Positions 39,307-52,380 of a DNA stretch of 64,000 nt are shown here, in pieces. The DNA is from Balanoglossus misakiensis (taxonomy: Eukaryota > Animalia > Hemichordata). The position numbers and the translations under genes were made by a program. Every line of letters starts with the position of its first letter. Position 1 is the first letter of the stretch. The notes beneath the pieces are model-generated. The model saw only the letters and a list, made by a program, of their open reading frames with translations. It did not search any database and was not told where the DNA came from. The stretch covers positions 7,859,519 to 7,923,518 of the forward strand of contig CM082578.2 in NCBI GenBank assembly GCA_040954595.2, read 5' to 3'.

Positions 39307-39458
39307 AAATTGGAGGAATATTAAAACGTGTATATACATTTAAGGTAAGTCATTAGCAAGTACATTTCACCCTCTTTTGTTTAAAAAAAAGACAAAGTCG
39401 CCCTTAATTGGAGGAATATTAAAAACATGTACATGGTTTGGTAAGTCATTAACAAAGC
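39307..39458. repeat. Short diverged tandem duplication
   Basis: AATTGGAGGAATATTAAAA...GGTAAGTCATTA(G/A)CAA occurs twice, about 98 bp apart. Confidence 0.6.
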
Positions 39459-42400
39459 CCTGTAACCTTTCGAAACAACCGGTTCTATGGGGATGGTAAG
39501 AAGTTCGACTGATATTAAGAGTGATAATAGTACATGTATTTGCATTAGCGATATTAGTAATATGCCGGATTCCCCCCCCCCCCTTCCCCACCAGTCGCAT
39601 CGTTTCTCGCTGGTTTTCCATGGCACGAAGAGGTTTATTTTAAGTTTAATTCTGACATGTTCATCTGACGATGAAGTCGTGCTCGATGCAACCATGGTTA
39701 CCGACTTAACTCTGAAATATAAGTGTCTCTCCCGAGACCGGTCTGCCGGTAAGACAATCCCCAACGAAATCCCGATAAAGATAAAAGTTCTGACGTAAAT
39801 GTTGGCTTTCTGAAAGAAATGAAATAAACCTAAATAAACCATTTCATACGCGAAGTGAGATTATTATTACATGTATTATTGCTGTTGTACTGTAATTAAA
39901 GAAGGCAGCCTGGGTTACAAAAGATCGAATCTAATGCGCGGGTTCGGTACTGACAGTGTCAATCCGCCTATACATATTTAACCAATTATAGGTGGCCATT
40001 CGAAAACTTAGACCGGCCATTTTGACCATATTTAGGCATATGTAAATTAGAGTTGACCGTATTCATTTAAGTTGTACGGATGTGTTCAAATCCAGAAATC
40101 CAAGTAGGAGGCCGTTCGATTGTCTCCCTCGTTCGTCAGGGAGTTTCCTGCGTGGCATGAGTCGCTGCTTCTGTTCCCCATGGAGTTGAGCGGAATCGAA
40201 ATAGATCTATTGACCAGGGGCTACATTTCTAAAGCTTCTTGAGCCCATCACTTGCTTTAATTACTTATTATTGTTCGTGGACGAAGAAAAATGGAACGAA
40301 AATGACCAATCCCAATAGATACAAAAATGACAGACATAAACGATAAAATTGACAATTGTCAAACTAGCAGTAAAAATTAAACATTTTTGACTTTTTCGGC
40401 CAACTTCTAAAATTCCGACAAGACTGGACAGAGTGAGTAAAAATTCACAGAGAGGAGTTTCTAGTTTTCTGTGTAAAGCTACAATCAGATACATATTACT
40501 AAGACTTAATCCATGGATGGAAATCGATATTAACGAACAAATCAGCTTTGTGTAATTCGCTGAATTTTGTTACCGTTCGACGACTAGCTGATCTTCTGAC
40601 AATGCCCTTGTGTGGAACCCTATCCTGCCTTCGAAATAAATATTGAAACGGACTCCTTTCTGGTAACGGTGTTATTGTGAAATATTAACGAAGACCGAGA
40701 AAAGAATCTGGTATGATAAAACCTTAATGGTTAACGATACGTCGATTTGTAGACATGTCGTGTGAAACATGTGTATAAGATGCACAACAGATTATTTGTG
40801 CTATTAATTACGAAAATGGTGTCAGTGTCGATAGTGGGAGACATAACGTTAAATCGTACGTGATCTCCCAACAAGCGAGAGGAAGGACGGCAGAGTGCGC
40901 ACTTTCAACGTGGCCTAATTTCGCATCGTTGGCGGCGTTGCACGTCATGCATGGGACAGGCATTGTCTAGCAGTCTGACTATCATATCGTCGTTCCTTTT
41001 AATTTCTGCACTTTGAGAAGGTGTAATGAAAGTATGAATCCTGGGAATGAACTCGATAGCCACGTCATTCAGTCATGATTTCTGATCATTGACAAAACAT
41101 GAGTTAGTAACACAGTTTACAAGTTTTGCTTCCTTCGAAATGTCTTGTTCCTTTCGCATAAGAATCCAAATATCTATCGTCGCGATTCAAAGAGAACTGT
41201 TCCTTTTATATGGAAATATAAGCATTCTACGTTGCAGTTGTAAAACTTGTAATTCCCGACATCGGCCTTCCATGCCTCCCGGGAAATGGTTCACTCCTAA
41301 CATAGTACATGTATTTTGTTTCTTTTTGAACTTCTCGTATCAAACGGCTTGTCCTTTACACGAACTGTCACAAATCTGATCACAACGGACCCCCACGCGG
41401 CTTAACAATCTTCTATCATACAAAAAGCTTCAACATAGCATTAAACACGCACAACACACGTCATGTTCATAAGCGTTTACTCAAAAACGAACTAAACTCA
41501 ATGAACATCACGTGTGCTTCACTACGCCAATGCATCTAGGGCACATCAAATCACTTTCCCCTAATACTCATTTGCATAATCTAATCCGAGCAGCCCCAAA
41601 CCCCCACCCCAACCCCATCACTGTCAGCATACCCAATGTCAAACACTGACGCGAAAGGTCGCGGTTTTTTAAATCATAATAATAATCGCAGCGTTTGAGA
41701 AAAGCAGGGAGTCCCATGAATAGCCTTTGCTCGGTGTTTTTATTGAACAGCATATTGTAAAGCTGACCTCAAGCGCATTATATCACTTTATACTCCTGAA
41801 TAGCAGGCGTGGATGTGCCCGTTGCCATGGTTGTAACCAGGACAGAGGCTGTGTGTTTATATCAAACAGGCTGCGTATACACACACTGGCACATAGACTC
41901 TCTGTGCTGTGCATCACAGACTGCTAGGGCCGTTCTACAATCTTCTTTTAATCGGGGTATTTGGATTAATTTCTGACAAAGGTGAGTACTCACACATTTT
42001 GTTTCTACTGACTCTAAGGTCACATGAATCTCATATGCGAGTGCAAATCCCCCTTTATAAAAGAACAGATTCACATCGTTGAGCAATGGACTCTGTGTCA
42101 TCGTAACAGTACAGAGAACGGAGAACTAAAGACGTATTATAGTATAAGTATACATTTGTATCACACGAATATCACAACTGAATCACGGTTTTAATTATAA
42201 ACGATAGCACCAGACAGCTTTAAAACATAGTCGATGCATGAAAGCGAAAATGCTTGATTTGTGTCATCACAAAGACGGTTGCCTTGAACTGTCAGTGCAT
42301 ATCCATGTTGATCAGTTCATATACGCTCGTTATATTCACCTTACTATCATTCCACTGCACTCACGTTGACTCCGGCGATTAATAATCCTACTCGCAAATG

Positions 42401-43009
42401 ATGCAATTGCGGAATGTAATTAATTTTTATATCCATGTTTCTGTGCATCTCAGTTTGCTATTACCATGGTAACTCTAGCCTCCGGGTGAACAACAGAGAA
42501 TTCGGTCGAACAAAGAACAAATAGATATTCGTACGGAGGGTGGAAAGCTGATATCAATATACATTGTATCTCTTTTCAATTAGGCGTATTGCATTATTCT
42601 TTGCACTATGAGAACGGTATATCTTTTCGCCCGGTGGCATGTCATACTTGAATTACAAACATTTACCGTTCTTCTGCGCCTAATTTCCATTGCGTGTACA
42701 GATGTTGCACGTATGAAATATTTCCACACCATGCAAGCTTATAATAACAAGGGTATAGTAGTGTGACAAATCACCATCGCGCCGGCATGCACCATTTACC
42801 ATTATAGGCGCATATTCTGTGGCAGGTTTTCTCGCCTATGCTTCTGATAAGTCAAGCCAGCCCTCGACAGCCTCTATACATACTGTTATGCCGGGGTTGT
42901 GTTCTGTTATGGGGCATCGGTGCATGGATGGGAATCAATGAGGCGAAGTAAACTAAAGGCCATGTAGTCTGTATGCTCGTTATGTTAGTGGATGAATATC
43001 AAAGAAGCC

Positions 43010-43044
43010 TCTCTGTGTCTGTGTCTGACCGTCTCTCTCTCCCT

Positions 43045-43075
<31 letters not shown>

Positions 43076-43076
43076 A
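43010..43076. repeat. CT-rich microsatellite
   Basis: (CT)n and (CCCT)n runs are visible. Confidence 0.8.
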
Positions 43077-43730
43077 TGCACACACCTTTTTTCTTAGGAA
43101 TTTCATGCTCATTGAACATAGGAATTCTATCGGTTTACGTCGGTTTACGTAGTCTTAGCCTCCATTCTCGGATTCAGGGGTCGAGGCCAGGTTATTTTCT
43201 GCTTTATTCAATCTGTAAAAGCGCGCAATCCTCTCATAAAGCAGTTACAAGGAGTTCCACCCAAACCAAACATGTTTTCCTATTGACCACATTCAGTATA
43301 TGTGAAAGCTTACTTTGTTGAAGGTCAGTGACCCCGACCGCGCCAGATAAGTAGGCCTAAGAGCCACGGAGAAAAGCGACAGTTATTCCATTGGAGCGGA
43401 ACGATATACTTGTAGCAAGACCGAACTGGTAGCTATTATTTTAAAAGAGGAAACGTTTTCGTGATACTACTTATTAGAATGCACCAATTAGTAAATTGAA
43501 CATTTGCTTTAAAAGAAAAGATAAACACGACTACAGACTATCATATTGTAGCTAGTGGGTAACGGTGAACTGGTGTTTTGATTTAATCAAACAGACAGTG
43601 TTCATTCGGTTTATCCAGAAAATTTTGATCATCATCACCGAGCAAACGCGACGAGTAGTGAACAAGACGTTCAGATGAGCTGTGAATAAACGTGTCGTTT
43701 TTTGGGTGTTTTGTCGTTGCAGAAATAACC

Positions 43731-44893
43731 ATGAGTAAAGCATGCGCAAAGAAACGTTTCGACCCAATTCTATTGATGGAATGTCTACAAGATGCGACGT
43801 CACAACTCATCCGCGAGATAAACCACATTCGCTGCGGGGAATATTCGTCGCTCTACCGACAGACGAGAAGTTTCCTGGACGCCTTGCAGCGCACGCCCAA
43901 AGTTCCCGAGAACGACGTCAACTGCATGCACGGCATTAGGAGCATCCACGACGTCCGCGACTGCTGCGGGTGCTCGAAGGAGATCGACGGCCCGGAGAGG
44001 GTCAGCCACTACACCGTCGTCATCTGCTACTATCTGGACATCGTCCAGGCGATCCGGGACCTGTCGGCCCGTGTGAAGGAATGGATCGGCGGGGGCATAC
44101 ACGAGCTGACGGTTCACCCGGCGCAGGAGGGCGCCTGCCAGAAACTGCTGAAGGAAGTCTATTTCATCGAGAAGTTTCTGGAGGAAGACAATGACTTCAT
44201 GGATTTGGGGAAGTACAAAACGCTGCAGGAGCTGCGAGGACTTGACTGCATCGAAGTACCGCCATGGGCCCCAGTCGTTAACCTTCTTCCAATCCTTCTT
44301 AAAACCCTCGACGAAATACCGGATATGGTAAGTGATGAGTATTACCCATCACGAATACTTCTTCATTATTGTTAATTTTAAGACAGACAGACAGACGGAC
44401 GGACGGACAGACGGACGGACGGACGGACAGCTTAATTGAGCTAGGCAAGTTATTACATATTATTTTAAGTGGGAAAATAAAAGTGAAATTCTATTCGCAG
44501 GTGGCAGAGTGGTTTGCAATTACACGTGAATTGGGTATGGGTATTTATGATCACCTTCTGTCACAGACGCCTGTACCTACGCCAACACCAACACCCAAGG
44601 AAGATATCATCGCAGAGAAAGGTAAGCCTCTAATTTATATGGACGTAATCTGTGCGTTGTATGACTAAATACACAACGATATAAAATGCTGACAAGTAGA
44701 ACAAGACCATCTAGACAGTGTGTTTGAATGTACGAATGGTTTGGCCTGATATTCACCCAGCATATCACTCCATGGATAATATTGCATGTAACAAAAATAA
44801 TTTCTGTGTTTTGTATCTTCAGACACCAACTCGATGAAAGGCCGCCCTCCATGGAAGCCGCCATCCACCAAACCTTGGGACCTTCGGCGTTAA
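43731..44893 (+). CDS. Uncharacterised protein, ~262 aa, three coding exons
   Basis: Acceptor TTGTCGTTGCAG at 43722, then ACCATGAG start at 43731. Exons 43731-44327 (donor GTAAGT), 44501-44621 (TTCGCAG / GTAAGC) and 44823-44893 (TCTTCAG ... TAA) join in frame. Strong codon (GC3) bias in the first exon. Probable non-coding exon ending about 41981 (AAAG|GTGAGT). No family recognised. Confidence 0.75.
44381..44430. repeat. (GACA)/(GACG) tetranucleotide microsatellite in an intron of the orphan gene
   Basis: Directly visible. Confidence 0.85.
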
Positions 44894-46333
44894 ATTAATT
44901 AATTTATCACGGGGAAAACGCCAAGTTAACGGCATTCACATCACTTGTTCAAATAGCACGTTTATGGCTACTGCCACGCAAGAAGAGCTGGCGTGAGAGT
45001 CACCCTAGCAATGTCCTTGCAATAATCCTTCTTTCCTATCAAGACAATGATAGCTTCAACCAATGCTTATCATGTACCCCACGATTCCTGCTTTGGTTAT
45101 ACGATGTACGTAAATTCTTACAACACGATTTGAACTAATTTATGATAGTAAAATTATGAAAATACCCATGATAATAGTTTACATTTAGAAGTTCTGCTTG
45201 ATTATTTTGGAAAATAAAACTGCAATTCTAATAAAAAGCAAGCGATTTGTGAAAAATGCTAGTGTGGTTTCAAAGCATTCAGATTATTTATTATTACGAA
45301 TTATATATTTCTGGATATCCTATATTCGGAAAATGGTTCAAATGTGTTTATTATTAACACATTAAACTTGCAGTCATATCGCAGGAACGTTTCACGGGAA
45401 TTGCAAGGAACTTGATAGGGAGTTGACTTTTTCGCTCCGTTCTTCACATTTATTGCGTTGGCAATGAAGGGTATTTTAATTCCCACCTAGTGATTTGTAC
45501 ATTAAAGACTCTACCCTATAGACACACCCCCTAAATATAATGCACTGTAAAAATTATCTAAGTTGTCACGATATGGATATCACATAGTTTCGATACGTCC
45601 CATCGTAATGTTGAGAAAAGACGTGGTTCGGTGGAACTGACACGCGTACTATTAGACGATAAAGGGACTCCAATTCTGGATGGCGCACTTGAGTGTTAGT
45701 TTGTGATGACTGGTGTTTTTAGAAATTTTATTTACCCCCAAATCACGGAGATATGGATGGATATATACACAGAAAAATGTCCCTCTCAGTAAATTGTTGT
45801 ATATAATTTCACTTTCGTCAAGAAATGTAATAAACTACGTGTACTTATGGTAAAATGTAATGTGTGATAATTTCTATCTTTTACGTCTTTCTGGTTGAAT
45901 TTTTATGCGTCTCGTGTTGTGCTGGCAAGGGTAAAAGTACCCTACATGTTAGATTACACAATTGTATAGACAAATTAATACAGAACTGGAGTGAACGCAG
46001 AAGAAGCTTTGATGCTTTGTTGGTCAGTTCCATTTGAAGCCTCACAAAAATCTCACCTCCACCATCCACCACCACCCCCACCCCCCACCCCCTCCACCCC
46101 CTTTTTGGCCACAAAATATGGACTAAACGCGTCGCTGAGACCGATGATAACATGTTCATCATCCAGAGAACAATTTTCTTGAAATGGAAAACACAAGTAC
46201 ATTTTGATTACATTGGTGTACTTGTCAATTGAATACATTCATTAATCAAGGGGGCACATTATCTTGCGTTGGCAATGCAATTCGCCTGTACAATCCATTA
46301 CCAGTGCTTATGTTCATTTGAACGCCACACCCA

Positions 46334-49300
46334 TCAATGATTCTCGATGATATTGTGGAAAATCATCGCAGTGTCTGGTTTAGTATCTTGTTTCACTTTC
46401 TCCATTTCCACATTCGTCGCCGAAGACGATTTCTTGAGACAACAGCAGAGTTTATAAACCAGCGGAGACATGAGCTGACGGTCTATCTCGTTTGGGTCCG
46501 TAGGTCCTGTGTGCAGATTGGCGAAATTTGGTGTGAGTAGAAAGAAGGGGCAGGAAGGGAGGGGAGAGCGAGAGATACTCAGAGAGGAGGGGGTCTGGTA
46601 TCTGTTTACACTAAGGGGCGAAATTAACAACCCCTCATTTATTTTGCGTTTCGCTCATTAAAATTGCTTGCAGTTTTCTCAAAACAAGGGCTTTACAAAT
46701 ATTTCTGGGAGAAAATGATTATTAACTTTGGAAATACGTTGCTGAAAACAATTATTTGATTTGTTTGCCTGGATTCAAAGTATTTTTTACCGTGGATGAC
46801 TTAGTACAACCGGCTATTTGGATAAGGTCATAATGAGGAACAAAACAAAGGGTGTCGACCGCTTACCTGTCAGAAATGACACAATAATCCCAACAGTCAA
46901 TGTAACAACGACTTCCAATGGACTATACCAGAGATATGACATGTTTAGAAACGACGAGAATCCACTCCTAAAGACATAGAATATAATAGACATTATCGGA
47001 TAGCAGTGAGAAATGGACGATTTCAAGATCGACAAACACTGTGGTTACTCATTGTTTAGACAAAGCAGTCCGTATGATGCAAACTGTAAACTAATATTAT
47101 TATTTCATTCACACATAAATATGTCTATAGATTCAATTAACTTACTCCGCTGCTGTAAGCCCGACCTCTGTCGTTGCTATTAATGTAGTCATCCCTCCAC
47201 TGGTTGGGTAATCGGTAAAATTTGACGTCATATTTAGCAGTGAGCATCCCTCGGTTGACAAAGGAAGTGTGGGCCACGACGGAGGGTAAATGAATTTTCC
47301 AACCAGTATTACCATGGCAACGGAAATACCGGAAAGGGCGCCAGATATAACACCCTGGAAGGAAACGTTTGGGTTGCGGTTTTTTTTTGTGTATACACGT
47401 ATACATGTCCGTGCAGGGCGTCGTCGTTACGAAGGCAGAGAGATGGTCTTGTTTATGTTAACGTTAGTGGTTTTCGGTAGTACAATTAATGCACGCGATT
47501 GATTTTGCTTTCATACGCAATTAATGTGACGTCACCAGGATATATCAAATAATATACTCACGGCGCTGTTTGTCCACGGAAAGAATATTCCCAGCGTGAA
47601 CATCCCGAACACGGGAGCCAGAATCAGATTTCCGAGGGAAAGCGCCAGCTGCAACACCAGTCCCATTTGTGAAACCACAAAGACAAGTGCCAGAGCAATA
47701 AGGCCATACACTATGCCTGAAATTGAATATTACAGTACACAACGCTTCATCTTAGGAAGTCATTCATGCATCATTTCTATTTGACCATCAAACCAAACGA
47801 ATTAAATCAAAACAGTGTGACATGCTTTTGTCGTGGGTTAGCATTTGTAAATATATATGACATCAGTTATTAGAGAAACTGACTTACACAACACTTTGGA
47901 AATGACCGTCGCTCTGTGGTCCGACATCTTGAAAGCACATCGAGATTTTCTAATGATGTCTTCCAGCGTCACAGCTGATAACGAATGTAACCCTGACGAT
48001 AGCGTACTGTAAATACCCAAAACATAAACCCCCATAAGATAGAGTGAAGTACGTACAGTGTGATTAATTATTTCAAATATTGTATATATGCCATGCATCC
48101 TAACTGGTCTAAAATTGAAAGTGAACTGATATAAAGGTGTGACGATTTGTTCGTCAAACCTAAAGTCTTTATCTTTCTAAAATCTGCTGTTAATAGCGAG
48201 CACTGCCGTTGTAGGCTTTTTAGCCTACATCCTGCACTGAAATCTCCCTTTATTAGATTCAGAAATGGAATCGTGTCCAAACACACGTGTGCTGAGAATG
48301 TCCGACTCACCTCAGTGCAGCGCTACAAACTGCCGACAGAAACAGGCCAGCAAAACCAGGCAGACGAGCGAACTTGTCGGCAATGAAGTAGGCCATTCTC
48401 TGCAAGATAGACGAATTTCATAGTCACAGAAATTATCTACTTGATCCGCCTCCATTTTCACTGTCATTTCTTTTGCTCAGTGTATTTAGTAAATATCACG
48501 GCCTACAAATGTTTTTGAAGATTTCTCCGAAGATACGTTCGCAAAAATGTTACGCTGTACGACGGGCGTCCACAAAAGCTTGTGCGATATCAGAATCAGT
48601 GGCCGTTCCCCGAGTTGGCTGCTGGGCTGCCGAACTTCTTGAGGCAGCGTCTACAGCTACATTGTACGTTGGAAGTGGTTTGCTGAGCAGCTACGCCTTG
48701 TCTCGAAGCCATGCTATATACCGGTGGAGACTGCCCAGACTGTGCGAGGAAATGACACAGAGTCTTTTGCCCTGTTCTCCTTTTATACCTTTGTCATTCT
48801 TATGAATATTAATGAGATAACACCTGGCGGAATATTATGGCTACGTGATTAGGTTTTGAATAAATACATGTGTGACTACAACTGCCAATAATGTTGATAG
48901 AATCACGCCAGGTGCTAATATTGCTGTCGATGGCAGATATATATTGTTTTCCATATACACGGGCTGGGGACTCCAGTCTTACTGTGAGACAGGAGAATTG
49001 ACCAACGGAGAAAGCTTACCTGGTCTGGAACCTCCACATAACCAGCGCTCAGAGGATCGCACGTGGAGTAAGTAGCATACATGACAATGCCACAGAAACA
49101 CAGCAGCGACACAATGGACATAACAATAGGCATGCTCAAATATACTGCTCTGAAACGAGAAGAAATATGGTAAGTACCACTGATATCAAAAATGAATGCG
49201 ACATAATATTGTACACACTTTTAGTACTTGCTTTCACTATTACTACTGTTCATCTGCCTCAGTATCTTGACTGTACGTGCTGTAGCCCTACGTGTTCGAC

Positions 49301-51184
49301 TATAGCTTAAACAAAAACTGAATGTTTAACTGATTTGAAAGTTGAAGCCAATCATTATCATTTGTGTCCTCCTCCACTTACTTTTGGCCAGCCCGGACAC
49401 TTGGACAACTCAAGAATCGCTGAGCGGTCGCTTGACTGATCCCGTAGGTGGGAAGGATTCCCAACGTCATCCCAATAAAGATGGACCACATGGTGTGGCG
49501 AACCGTGGGATCCAGACTGAAGCTGGTCCGGAAAGAGATGGTCGTATATGGAGTTAGTATGATCTCTGGCAAAACATCCCATGGTTTCACAATAATTACG
49601 CAAAACATCTTCGAAGAACACTTTTCAAAGGTGTACACCTATTTTTGCCACTCACATCCCAACAGTATAACTTTGGGGAGCTGCCTTTGATAATAATTCT
49701 TCATCTGATTAAAAAAAATAACAACTCACTCGTAAAACTTTATTCTGCCACCGTCATCGGCAATTTGCCAAGCCGTCTGTCCGCCACCTAGATCAATGCA
49801 GCCCTGAATGATAACGGCTACGATTCCGGCAAACATGATAAGACTTTGCAGCACGTCTGTCCATATCACCGCTTTCATACCACCCTACAGATCGATCACG
49901 GACAAACATTTGATAACATTGTTGGTTCGTGTTGGCGAGAAAAGTACGTCATCGCTAAAATATTTCACCTTCAGATGTCTTTTACGTCGTAATTAAGTGG
50001 TTTTTAAGGGGAAGAAATCGTATTATCATTTTGTCTTTATCGTAAACTGTATTCTGGGTACAGTTATAGGCAATTTCGTTTTATTTTGAAGAAAAAAATA
50101 TAAATTGTCCTGAAGGTGACCTTGAGAGAAAACAATGTTCGTTTGTATAATGAAGCAATGTTTCTTGCCGGGGGTCCGCCCACCACTTGACTTGTACTTT
50201 GATGTCTGTGTGTCAAAACATTTATTGCCCCGACTTACCAGAGTTGTGTAGAATACACAAACCGAAGCCACGGTAGCCGACGTGCCCCACACGCTGAGAC
50301 CAGAAACCGCACTCAACGCAATGGCGGGCGCATATACAGCTACGGACAGGTATGAAGTCTGCATTTGAAGAGATCGAAAACGACGACCGATTTAGCGAAA
50401 AATAGTCATACACGAATCGAAATAAGACAAATTCGACGCCAAACATTTAGGGAGATTTCTTACAAATATAGACTCGCCTATAAAATCGTTACGTCGTTAT
50501 TTTCCATTGTGTCAATCAGCATTTCTTAAAATCCATGTCATCTGATCTCCCAGATATATATATGTGAAGTCATCTCGCATTACACTCCGAACTTTACTTA
50601 CCTTGTAAAATATGTACAGGCATGTTCCGAGTAATCTGGCAGCAGGGTTAAAGCGTAATTCCAAATACTGGTGGTATTATCGAAAAAGGAATGCAAAAAA
50701 TTGGGTGTTAGCGATATATTACCCCCAAAATAACAACAAACAACACAAGTCGCTTGGTGGGGTTTTTTTTCTTGCTTTATAAAGATTCTTATTATCTTAA
50801 TTTTACTCAATACCATTCATAGACTTGGGGCAAGTCTATCCTTACCTCGTAAATGCTTGTCAGGCGGAGTCTGTAGAACACGGGCAAGTAGCAGTGCGCA
50901 GCTACCGGTATGACAATCAAGAAACACGCCACCGTTACCCAGTACATAGAGCCGTAGGTGAACACTTCGGCCGGCGTCCCCAGAAGGCTTATCGCTGATA
51001 TGAAGCTGGCCATCAGGGAAAAGGACACGGGGATGTAGTTCATGCTACGGCTGGCCAGCAGGTATTCGCTGGTGGTGCTCTGTTTGTTCCCCGTGCATCC
51101 GTAATAGATGCCGATAGCTATGGACAGCGCCAGCATGACACCGAAGACGATGTAGTCCGCCGTCGCAAAACCAACGGTTTCCAT
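46334..51184 (-). CDS. Sodium:solute symporter, SLC5A8/SLC5A12 (SMCT)-SLC5A6-SLC5A5 subfamily, ~598 aa
   Basis: Phase-consistent exons: 50846-51184, 50602-50667, 50239-50358, 49730-49884, 49382-49522, 49020-49149, 48311-48399, 47888-48006, 47562-47716, 47146-47354, 46867-46967, 46334-46506 (1797 nt). Motifs: DYIVFGVMLALSIAIGIYY, SLMASFISAISLLGTPAEV, SIYEYLELRF, GGMKAVIWTDV, CDPL...PDQ, LSTLSSGLHSLSAVTLED. A 5'UTR exon donor lies at 51517. Confidence 0.93.
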
Positions 51185-52286
51185 GGTTATTTATCTGAAG
51201 CGATGTAGAAATGATGTACGTAAAATAAGAATCGGTGTCCATGAGGCTACAAGAACACTTTCATGTGATACTGATGTAGTGCATGACACATAATAGGCAC
51301 TAGTCGAAATGAATAAAAATGCTTGAAGAAGTTATGAAAATGTTAAGTGGGTATAGGCCTAGTACGTAGTCACGCGTTTCTGACCATGTCGGTTAGACGT
51401 TCGGACCACACAAACTGGTGTACACGTGGAGTACACGTAAGACATACTATTAGGCAATATAAATAAGTCCATGTTGTACTTATAAATAAAAGAGAAAACG
51501 TGAACAATAACACTTACGTTTCCCTTATCCAAACAAGGTCAGGAAACTGCTAAGAAGTGCGTTGAGATGGTCCTATAAAGTTGAGCGACTTGACCAGCAG
51601 TTAGTTCCCTTTGCAGAGGTCGAGAGTGCTGTGCCAAATTTCTTGATCTCTCCGACGTTCAAGATAAGCAATGTTGATCGTTCACGACCTGTCACATTAT
51701 CGCTGTTGGCGTCTCATATAAATGTGCAAATCGAATCAATCATGGCAACTGTTTTCACGGCAAGGGGCAACAAACTTTGTCTTGTAGTGTTACGATATAT
51801 ATATGAGTTGGGATTTTTAATACGTATCATAACAGAACAAATTGACACTTTTGTAGTAGTACTGCTTCATCAAAAGCATATAATTTTATTTTCAACATTG
51901 CACCATTTCATCAGAGAGACACATTATCAAAACAAAATAAATCCCAGATGCATCATGGGTGAAAATAATCTGCAAAACGATACAGACTACGTGAAACGTA
52001 CGCAGGATGGATCAAACATTCGAATAATATCCCAGCATGCAGCAAAACGAGTCGAAAAGGGAAAATTTAATTATTTCATTCTATCAAGAGCTTTGATGGC
52101 AGGCATGCACACACACACAAGAGGAAAGGCAAAAACCCGTGCAGCAAACACACACAGTTAAAAAATTGGTTCAGCAAAATGCACTTGGATAAATTTCATA
52201 CACACTCTGCTCAGTGCATGATATTCGCAAAGTTGGCAGTTTGTTGGCCCAGTCTCTGGCAGTGATTTGTATTGTTGACACTTGTA

Positions 52287-52380
52287 TTAACCCTTTCACC
52301 ACCATGGTTTGGTCCAAGTTCATGGTTTTCTATACTAAAGCTGGACCTCTACAGAGGGAACTGGGGGGTGAAAGGCTTCA
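52287..52380. mobile_element. ~90 bp piggyBac-like MITE, copy 2
   Basis: TTAACCCTTTCACCACCATGGTTTGGTCCAAG...GGACCTCTACAGAGGGAACTGGGGGGTGAAAGGCTTCA, homologous to 32321-32414. Confidence 0.7.

Noticed and set aside
51562-52161. 199-aa plus-strand ORF
   Set aside because: Non-ATG start, no codon bias or homology cue, and it overlaps the SLC5 5'UTR/promoter region; probably chance.
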